64,000 bases of DNA from the human T2T-CHM13v2.0 reference genome, Homo sapiens. The notes under the pieces are model-generated. The model was not told the DNA's origin and searched no databases. It was given only the letters and a program-made list of their open reading frames with translations. This document shows, piece by piece, positions 53,640 through 64,000 of this stretch. The translations under genes were made by a program, and so were the position numbers. Each line of letters begins with the position of its first letter. Within the stretch, counting starts at the first letter, position 1. The stretch lies in NCBI RefSeq assembly GCF_009914755.1, contig NC_060929.1, one strand, 5' to 3'.

Positions 53640-54188
53640 GATAATGCATTTGAGGTTTAGACTTGTTATAGCCTCTATGAGTACTTTACTACTATGGCTG
53701 ACCAGTGTTCCATTTTATTTTTAGATATACTGCCTTGTGTTTATTTATTCATCCACTGACTTTGACATCCGGGTGATGTCCACTTTTTTGATTACTGTAA
53801 ATAGCACTGCTATAAACACTGGTGTACGAGTTTTTATTTGGACACCTGTTTTCAATTCTCTTGGGTATATACCTAGAGGTAGAATTGCTATGCAAAGTCA
53901 AGGCAGTTAGACACAAGAAACTACATGTCGTATGATTTCATTTATGTGAAATCTCCAGAACAGGCAAATCCACAGATACAGAAAACAAATTTGCGGTCTC
54001 CAGGGACTAGAGATGGGGGAAATGGGAGTGACTGGATAATGGATACAGAGTTTCCATTTTGGGTAATAAAAAATCATTCTATAACTGATGGTGGTGCTGT
54101 ACAACATTGAGAATGTACACAGTTCTCTGACTTGAAAACTTTAAAATAATTAAAAAGGTAAATTTTATGCTTTATATCTACCACAATA
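53640..54188 (+). mobile_element. L1MB-type 3' end with 5' inversion (antisense 53640-~53890, sense ~53891-54188)
   Basis: Antisense ttctcttgggtatatacctagaggtagaattgct joined to sense tatgatttcatttatgtgaaatctccagaacaggcaaatccac; 14-bp TSD aaaaatctacttaa at 53626-53639 and 54189-54202. Confidence 0.85.
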
Positions 54189-54465
54189 AAAAATCTACTT
54201 AAAAAATAGAGTTTTTAAAAAATGTGTAGAATAAGTTAAGGGAATTGGAAAAAAATTCTTCATAGGTATTGCTGAGTATATATAAATAAATAGATGAAAC
54301 AATTGTGTCTAGAAAAGCAATTACTTGTACTCAATATGGTATATGGTTAACCCATAGAAACCTTATCCTTGTAATTCAATTTAAACCTGCTTTCATTCTT
54401 GACAACTTATATAACAGAAGGTATTTTCAGTTTGGTTGTGGTCCAATTATAATAAGTGCTTATTG

Positions 54466-57400
54466 TGGACATAATGGATATTTACAGAGCATTCTACCTA
54501 AGAACTGCAGAATATACATTCTTCTCATCAGCACATGCAACATTCTCCAAGACTGACTCTGTGATAGATTGCAAAACAAGTCTCAATAAATTAAAACAAA
54601 ATTGAAATCATATCAAATATATTTTCAGATCACAGTGGAATAAAACTATAAAACAACTACAAATAAAACCCTCAAAACTACACAAATACATGAAAATAAA
54701 ACAATCTGCTCCTGAATGATTTTTGGGTTAATGATAAAATCAAGATGTAAATTAAAAAATTCTTTGAAATGAATAATAATAGTGACATAAGTTATCAAAA
54801 CTTCTGGGATACAGTAAAAGCAGTGCTAAGAGAAAAGTTTATAGCACTAAATACCTATATCCAAAGGCCTGAAAGATCACAAATTGACAAGCTAAGGTCA
54901 CACCTCAAGGAACTGGAGAAACAAGAACTAAGCCCAAAGCTGATAGAAGAAAATAACAAAGATAAGAGCAGAACTAAATGAAATTGAAACAAAAAATGCA
55001 AAAGATCAATGAAATAAAAACTAATTTTTTGAAAAGATAAACAACACTGCTAAACCATTAGTTCGATTAACCAAGAAAAGAGAGAGAAAATTCAAATGAA
55101 CTCAATTAGAAATAAAACTGGAGACATTACAACTGACACCACAGAAACACAAAAGGTCATTCGAGACTACTATGAACACATCTATGTCCACAAACTAAAA
55201 ATTCTGGAGGAAATAGATAAACTCCTGGAAACATAAAACCTTCCCAGATTAAATCAAGAAGAAATAGAAACCCTGAACAGACCAATAACAAGGAGTGAGA
55301 TTGAATCAGTAATTCAAAAATTGCCAATAGCAACAAAAAAGCCCAGGGCCAGATGGATTCACAGCTGAATTCTACCAGACATTCAAAGATGAATTGGTAC
55401 TAATCCTATTAAAACTGTTCCAAAAGATTGAGAAGGAGGGAATCCTCCCTGAATCATTCTATGAAGCTGGTATCACCCTAATACCAAAACCAGGAAAGGA
55501 CATAACAACAACAAAAAATCTGCAGACCGATATCCCAACATAAATGCAAAAATCCTCAACAAAACACAGCTAACCAAATCCAACAGCACATTTAAAAGAT
55601 AATACATCACGATTAAGTGAGTTTTATCCCAGGAATGCAGGGATGATTTAACATATGTGAGTTAATAAATGTGATACATCACATAAACAGAATTAAAAAC
55701 AAAAAATATATGAGCATTTCAATAGATGCAGAAAAAGCATTTAATAAAATCCAGCATCCCTTTATGATAGAAAACACTCAACAATTTAAATATAGAAGGG
55801 ACTTATCTTGGGCTGGGTGCGGTGGCTTATGCCTGTAACCTGAGCACTTTGGGAGGCCGAAGTGGGTGGAACAAGAGGTCAGGAGTTCAAGACAAGTTTG
55901 GGCAATGTGGTGAAACCCCGTCTGTACTAAAAAATACAAAAATTAGCCAGGTGCGGTTGTGTGCATCTGTAGTCCCAGCTACTCAGGAGGCTGAGGTAGG
56001 AGAATCGCTTGAACCTGGGAGGCGGAGGTTGCAATGAGCTGAGATCTGCCACTGCACTCTGGCCTGGGCAACACAGTGAGACTCCGTCAAAAAAAAAAAA
56101 AAAAAAGAAGGGACTTACCTCAAAATAATGAAAGCCATATGTGACAAACCCACAGACAACATCATACTGAATGGAGAAAGCATTCCCCCTGAGAACTGGG
56201 ATAATACCAGGATGCCCACTTTCACCACTTCTATTCAGTGTACTACTGGAAATCCTATCCATAGCAATGAGGTAAGAGAAAGAAATAAGGGGCATCCAAA
56301 TTGGAAAAAAGGAAGTCAAACTGTTGCTGTTCACTGATGATATGCTCATATGCCTAGAAAACCCTAAAGACTCCTCCAAAAGACTCCTAGATTTGATAAG
56401 CAAATTCAGTAAAGTCTCAATATCAATGTACACAAATCAGTAACACTGCTATACACCATCAACAACCAAGCTGAGAATCAAATCAAGAACTCTATCCCTT
56501 TTACAGCAGCTGCAAAAATAAAATAAAATAATAAAATAAAGTAAAATACTTAGGAACATACTTAACAAAGGAGATGAAAGATCTCTACAAGGAGAACTAC
56601 AAAACACTGCTGAATGAAGTCATAGATGACACAAACAAATGGAAACACATCCTATGCTCATGGCTTGCAAGAATCAGTATTGCAAAACCATACTGTCCAA
56701 AGCAAATCTACAGATTCAATGCAATTCCTTTCAAAACACCAACGTCATTTTTCACAGAATTAGAAGAAACAATCCTAAAAATTCATGTGGAACCAAAAAA
56801 GATCCCAAATAGCCAAAGCAAGACTAAGCAAAAGGAACAAAGCTGGAGGCATCACATTACCCAGCTTCAAATTTACAGAGCTATAGTTAACAAAACAGCA
56901 TGGTACTGGTATAAAAGTAGAGACATGGAACAATGGAACAGAATAGAAAACCCAGAAATAAAGCCAAATACTTACAACCAACTGATCTTTGACAAAGCAT
57001 ACAAAAACAAAAGTGGGGAAAAGACACCCTATTTAATAAATGGTGCTGGGAAACCTGACTAGCCACGTGGGTAAGAAAACAACTGGATCCCTATTTCTTA
57101 CCTTACACAAAAATAATTTCAAGATGGACAAAAGACTTAAATCTAAGACCTAAAACCGTAATTCTAGAGGATCACCTAGGAAAAACCCTTCTGGACATGG
57201 GCCTAGGCAAAGAATTCATGACTAAGACCCCAAAAGCAAATGCAACAAAAACAAAACAAAATACATGGGACTTAATTAAACTAAAAAGCTTCTGTACAGC
57301 AAAATAAATAATCACCAGAGTAAACAGACAACTCACAGAATGGAAGAAAACATTTGCAAACTATGCATCTGACAAAGGACTAATATCCAGACTCTACAAA

Positions 57401-58273
57401 GAACTCCAACAAATCAACAAGAAAAAAACAAATAACCTCATAAAAAAGTGGACAAATGGCATGAACAGATATTTCTCAAAAGAAGATATACAAATGGACA
57501 ACAAACATAAAAAAATGCTCAACATCACTAATCATCAGAGAAATGCAAATTAAAACCACAGTGAGATACCACCTTATTCTGGCAAGAATGGCCATCATTA
57601 AAAAGTCAAAAAACAATAGATGTTGGGATGGATGCGGTGAAAAGAGAACACTTATACACTGCCGGTGGGAATGTAAATTGGTAAAACCACTATGGAAAAC
57701 AATATAGAGATTCCTTAAAGAACTAAAAGCAATCTACCATTCAACCCAGCAATCCCACTACTAGACATCTACCCAAAGGAAAAAAAATCATTCTATTAAA
57801 AAGACACCTGCACACGTATGTTTATTGCAGCACAATTCACAATTGCAAAGATATTAAACCAACCTAAGTGCCCATTGACCAATGAGTGGATAAAGAAAAT
57901 GTAATACATACGCTCCATGGAATACTACTCAGCCATACAAAGAACAAAATATCTTTTGCAACAACTTGAATAGAGCTGGAGATTATTACTCTGAGTGAAG
58001 TAACTCAGGAATGGAAAACCAAATATTGTATGTTCTCACTTATAAGTGGGAGCTAGGCTATGGGTACAAAAAGGCATATAGAGTGATATGGTGGACTATG
58101 GAGACTCATAATAGGAAGGGTGGGAGTGGAGGTGAGGGGTAAAAAACTACATATTGGGTACAATGTACACTACTCGGGGTGACCAGTGCACTTAAATTTT
58201 AGACTTCACCCCTGTAAAATTCATCCATTTAAAAACCACTTGTGCCACCAAAACTACTAAAATAAAAAAATTA
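54466..58273 (+). mobile_element. 5'-truncated L1PB-type LINE-1 with disrupted ORF2 and 3' UTR
   Basis: ORF2 peptide remnants ([17 protein letters not shown]; MKDLYKENYKTLLNEVIDDTNKWKHI; TAWYWYKSRDMEQWNRIENPEI) with many stops and frameshifts; TSD aataagt(g/a)ctta at 54451-54462 and 58274-58285. Confidence 0.95.
55811..56105 (+). mobile_element. Alu (AluSg-like) inserted in L1 ORF2
   Basis: TSD agaagggactta(t/c)ct at 55794-55808 and 56106-56120. Confidence 0.95.
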
Positions 58274-59545
58274 AATAAGTACTTAATTACTGTGATAATA
58301 AGTGAAGACTTATTGCACAAATTATTCAACATTACATCGTATTTCTTCTTCTTTGATGTTAGGAAGGTCAGGCATGGATAAAAATGAACCTGGCTGAATG
58401 AAAAAGAAATAGGTCAACTTCAAAACAACTGACATGCTTTTATCATACCTTTTGCAACAAAAAGAAAAATGATGTTTTGTTTCTCTCTGTGAAATGTGTA
58501 TAAACCTGAAAACAGGTTTCATTCCATTGGTATCTTCAAGCTATTTGAGGTGATATAAAAAAACTGATTCTACACATGGGGGAGAAGAGTTTAGACCACT
58601 TTACGGCTATATACACAGCATATAAACATTTCAGTAATGAAAATGAAATTCAGCAAGAACGGGTAACACTCAACGCAAAAATAACAGCCATATATTTTAG
58701 ACCTGAATCTTTTACTGTAACTGTAAAACTCACTTGCAAAATGTGCTTCTGTTCCATGAGCCATATATATGCAAATACCTGGTTATAGAACACGTTGCTG
58801 GCAACATCAAACAGAGCATGACCTGGTTAACCCCTTCTCAGTCAATAAATATGTCAGAGCACTGACATTATTTCAGTGATATTTAATTTTATGTTACCTA
58901 GAACCCAAAGTGATTATTTTAAAAAATACAATTAAAACTCTTTTAAAGTGGATATAAAACTTGCTGAAAGGTCTATTTTTATAGCGCTTATCCAAACTTT
59001 AAAAGATCTATTACTCACGAGAGCATTTTATGTAGTGTGATTTCCAGTGCTTGTATCAGAGCCAAGGCAATCATTCTACAAGCCATAGCCCCCACCGCTC
59101 ACAGCCCTCCTGTCCAAGCTCTGCCATTCCCCTAACGGGCATGACAATTACTTCTTAAAGTATCCTCCTTTGAGGAAGACGCCCTATAAGAAAGCATCGA
59201 AAGGGGCTCCCTGAACAGAGTAGAGGGTAGGGATGGGTGCCCACCATCCTGGTGTGTGGCTCTGGGTGGCTCTTCTTTCCTGCAGTGACATCTCCCTCCT
59301 GTCTGCCCAGAACATATCTCTCTTCCTTTAGGACTCTTCTCTACCACCACCACCCCTTGGACATCTTTCCCTCCTCCAGTTGGATTCTCCCTCTTTCTTT
59401 TTACTTCTGCACAGCTCGTACTCTGTTATAACTGCTGCATGGGGTTCCTCCCCCTATGAGAAGGGCTCACTCACCTGTGGCACACTCACCTGTACATTCC
59501 CAGCTCCAAGACCTGGACAAACAGCGGTCGTTCAGGTCAAACTCA

Positions 59546-59839
<294 letters not shown>

Positions 59840-60389
59840 TTATGAATGAAAAAGTGAATGAATGTGCAAATGTTCTTTAATTATGTGGCACTTTAAGATC
59901 TGCTATGGCCATGGAGCTATATTTTTATGTTGTGTGACTACCTCAGTTGTCAATTTTGGTATCACTTTTGGAGTTCAGCACTTCCTTTGGAGAGTGGACC
60001 TTCCCCCAGCATGAAAATGGATGTATCCTGGCAAAAAGTGGGACTCCCCATTGGCTCCCTGCCAGAGACCATTTCCAGTGTCTGACTGTCTATCGTCCAT
60101 GCATCTGCGCATCCCTCCATCCAGTCGTCTGAATTATCTATCTACCTATCTACTGATTATCTATATCTATCTGTATATATGTATGTACCTATACCTGTGT
60201 GTATATCTATACATCTCAGAATGTATATAAAAGGGTGCTACAGTCATGTGATGTGTATATGTGTGTGTGTATTTTGGCTGCCTCTATAGAATTCATGTAC
60301 ATAAATATGTGATAGGTGCGTAAGCATAACATTCCTTATAAAAACTGTATGGATGCAGCCATAATGGGTGGCACTGGCGACTAAGGGTT

Positions 60390-60783
60390 TGTGATGGTTG
60401 ATGTTAGGTGTCAACTTGACTGGCCTAAGGAACGCCCAGAAATCTGTTTAAACTTGATTTCTGGGTGTGCCTATGAGGATGTTTCCAGGAAAAATGAGAC
60501 TGAGGAAGATTCACTCTCACCAATGTGGCATTCTCCGATCCCATGAGGACCAAAATAGAACAAACGAGGTGGAGGATGGGCAGATTTTCTCTCTCTCCTT
60601 GAGCTGGGGCTGACATCCTCTCCTGCCATTGGACATCTAAGCCACTATTCTCAGGCCTTCAGGGCTGAATTACATCCCAGGCTCTCCTGCTCCCCAGTGT
60701 GCCCATGATGATGGTGTGACTTCTGAGCTTCCATCACCACCGGGGCCAATTCCCATCATCAGCCTCCAATACATACACACACA

Positions 60784-60819
<36 letters not shown>

Positions 60820-60836
60820 CCTGATTCTCCTGTGTC
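60390..60836 (+). mobile_element. MLT2-type (ERVL) LTR with internal (CA)n
   Basis: tgtgatggttgatgttaggtgtcaacttgactggcctaagga...tttctgggtgtgcctatgaggatgtttccagga; (CA)n at ~60771-60815. Confidence 0.85.
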
Positions 60837-61285
60837 ATCAAAGATAAGCCACGGACACCTACCCTGCCTTAATTTCCTCAAGGAAAAAAATACAGATGAT
60901 AAAATTACCCTGTCATAAGCTATGTGAGGATGAAATAGCAAATACAGGTAACCCTTAGAACAGTGCAGTGGGTCCATGAGTGTCTGTGTTTACATTGACA
61001 TCTTTGCCAATTGTCCCTAGCAATTTCAGCCCTTAGAATTTTATACAACTAGTGATTTTACCTTTACATAAAGCACAATTTGATGGAAAAACTTGAAGCT
61101 AAATTTTAAAATTAATTAGAATTTATTAACTTATAAAAATAAATTTTGAAAATAAAGATTAACAAATCCATAGTCATCATATGAGGTTTTTTTAATCACA
61201 CTTACCAAAAATCAATAGATATGGTAAATATGACTATCGACTCATTCTTTCCAAACACTTAAAGAAAATCAGCATTTTAAAAATC

Positions 61286-61507
61286 TTTTATTTTACTTTA
61301 AGTTCTGGGATACATGTGCAGGATGTGCAGGTTTGTTACACAGGTAAAGGTGTGCCGTGATGGTTTACTGCACCTACCAACCCTTCACCTAGTATTAAGC
61401 CAGCATGCATTAGCTGCTTTTCCTGATACTCTCCCTCCCCTCATCCCCACCAACAGGCCCCAGTGTGTGTTATTCCCCTCCCTGTGTCCATGTGTTCTCA
61501 TTGTTCA
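61286..61507 (-). mobile_element. L1PA (about PA7-10) 3' end
   Basis: ttttactttaagttctgggatacatgtgcaggatgtgcaggtttgttacacaggtaaa...ctgtgtccatgtgttctcattgttca. Confidence 0.92.
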
Positions 61508-63131
61508 CAACATCTTTAATGTTATGAAAGTCATGCCTGTCATGTCATTATAATGTATGAATTATAAAAGCAAAGCAAATAAAAGACCAAAAATATTCAT
61601 TAGGAATTTATTAATACCTTTTAGTGACCCTATGTTAAAGTTAAAATAAAAAATAAAATAGTAAAATAGTAATAGTAAATATTTAAAAATTAAACTGGTA
61701 GCAAGTAATGATGTAGTTACCTTCCAAATAAAATAAATTGATAATTTATTACAAAATAAACTAACTTAAATATAGATAGACATTTTATATAGAAGGAGCA
61801 AGATGAGTTAGCTTTCAGAAATTTGTCAAAAATACTGGATATTTCTGAAGGAACCCATAACTTAAAAAAACTAAAGTGTAAGTAAATGCCTTTAAAACTT
61901 TGGCCATGGCAAGGCCTCATGTTTTGAGATAAACACGTATGATGTTGAACTATTTCTCTTTAGTCTACTAGAAGCCCTATCTCAGTCATTAAGTTTTCTA
62001 ACAACTCCCAGCAAACAAACCTGAGGAGGATGCCACTGCAGAGGTCACAGTTCCCAGGAGCAATGTGGGCCAGAAGAGAAAGAAGAAAGTCACAGCCCCA
62101 AATTCGGGAGGAAGGACTTAGCTCTGGACCAATTAGTTCTTCCACATAAATCAAAACAGAATTCATGGTAGTCTTGGGGGGAGGACGGGGAAGCAAACCA
62201 TTTGATATAACTATAAATGATGTTGAAATTTCTAATCCCAAATTTTTAAAGCACCTAAACTGTAAAATAAATAGTATAAACATTAACTATTTTGCTCTTT
62301 TAAAATAGCAAAGTAGTAATCTTATTGCTAGTAAAACCTCCTCATCCTCATCTTCCTGAAAAACATATTACAAACCTAACCGTTTGTGACACTTTTCAAG
62401 GTGTTTATAAATGAGAACACAGAAAATAATCCATGGCTTATAGGGTTTATAAATGGACTGTCAGGTTGAAATACAGATAAACACAGAGCAGGTTCACACA
62501 AACGCAGGAAACCTACATGCAGCCACCCAGCACAGCTCCGCGGCTGGACATGGCAATGAACACCGAGTCTGCGTCAATCGTGGTGTTGCGGTGGGAGTCG
62601 GAGGCAGGATCCACAAAGCTGCAGAAACACCAGCCCGCCCAGTTCCCTTTTCAGACCAGGGCTGCAGGGAGAAAGATCAGAGGGCAAGGTCCTAACTTCC
62701 TTGACCCAGAAAGAGTTAAGGGATGAAGTGAGATATGCTGAGTCATTGGAATAATGGGAGATTTTGGAGAAAATGTGGGGGATAAAATATTTCTTTTGAG
62801 AGGGTTTTGAATGTTTGTCACGGTCAGCACAGGAAGGGAAGGAGAACCCCGCGATGCTGGGTCTTGGAAAAACTGTACTCTCTACCCAACCTCAGCAGCC
62901 ATCACTCAGCGCCCCCCCGCTCTGGAGAAAGCTGATGGTGGGTAGTGCCTGACATACCTCTGGTGGCCTTTATTGAGAAAGGGTCCGTATGAGAATATTA
63001 CATTACCTGATGGAAGACAGGGGAAAAAGAAAGAAACAGCAAGAAATAGAGTCATCCCCTCTGCTGTGGTCATGGAAGTGAGAAAAGGATTTAGTAACTT
63101 TGTATCTTCATTAATATAGATGCCTTTGCAG

Positions 63132-63470
63132 GCATAAAAAAGAACGCGATCATGTCTTTTGTGGGAACACGGGTGGAGCTGGAGACCATCATCCTCAGCA
63201 AATTCACACAGGAAGGGGAAACCAAACACTGCATGTTTTCACTTATAAATGGGAGCTAAATGATGAAAACACATGGACACAGAGAGGGGGACAAGAGACG
63301 CTGGGGGCTATAGGAGGGTGGAGGGTGGGAGGAGGGAAAGGATCAGAAAAGTAACTATTGGGTACTGGGCTTAATTCCTGGGTGATAAAATAATCTGTAC
63401 AATAAATCCCCATGACATAAGTTTACCTGTGTAACAAACCTGCACATGTACTCCTGAACTTATAATAAAA
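63132..63470 (+). mobile_element. Older L1PA (about PA13-15) 3' end
   Basis: cataaaaaagaacgcgatcatgtctttt...ggtggagggtgggaggagggaaaggatcagaaaa...aacaaacctgcacatgtactcctgaactta. Confidence 0.9.
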
Positions 63471-64000
63471 CTATATGTGTGTGTATATATATATATGCCC
63501 TTCTAATTCCAAAAATGACACCAAGACAACTTTTTCTGTAAGTAAAAATACAGGAAAACCTACATTATAAACAGACACACACCGAGATACACACTACAAA
63601 TAGAAGGAAAAGGGAGAAGAGAAATTACATTTTAATATCCCAACTTAAGCAACTTCGTAGTTTCTCAGCAGTCAAGGCAGAAAGGGCAACGTAAGGATCC
63701 TGCAGCCTTCATCATCTATGATATAGTTCACTATTTAATGACTGTTCGCTCAGACACAGGTAGATAGTCTATGCCTATTACACACCCATTACTAACAGAA
63801 GAGCTTCGGGGACAGACTCCTTCATTCCCTGCTGGGGTTTTTTTTCTCCCCATATCCTCCTGCAACAGAAAGTTAGACAAATACAGTGTGGCTTAAGGCC
63901 TAGTAGAGGTGACAAGGAATTGAATAGAAAAATAACAATGGGATGTCTCTCTACTCCATCGTGAGAGGGAAACATTTTCTGAGAGGGACATAGAAGAATG

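Noticed and set aside
54769-57062. ORFs with reverse-transcriptase-related peptides
   Set aside because: Fragments of a dead, 5'-truncated L1 ORF2 with stops, frameshifts and an Alu insertion.
62530-62930. Local CpG enrichment as a CpG island or promoter
   Set aside because: Too sparse and short to qualify.

Overview
Primate (very likely human) non-coding genomic DNA, intergenic or intronic. No protein-coding gene, RNA gene or CRISPR array can be supported. The ORFs in the track are Alu/L1 remnants, microsatellite read-through or chance frames. A large part of the window is interspersed repeat: about 12 Alu copies or fragments, several L1 fossils (largest a ~3.8 kb 5'-truncated L1PB-type copy), MIR/L2 fragments, many solo LTRs (THE1, MLT1, MLT2, MER57, LTR16-like) and a ~1.1 kb TA-rich VNTR. 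I found no evidence of a new biological system. The best signals are well-preserved rearrangement fossils. These are a twin-primed L1 3'-transduction inside a MER57 LTR, a ~215 bp inverted duplication of an Alu plus its flank, an L1-retroposed polyadenylated LTR 3' end, a 41-bp templated insertion, an inverted L1MB, nested LTRs and a duplicated MLT2 terminus. Subfamily names come from remembered consensus sequences, not a database search, and boundaries of old repeats are approximate.
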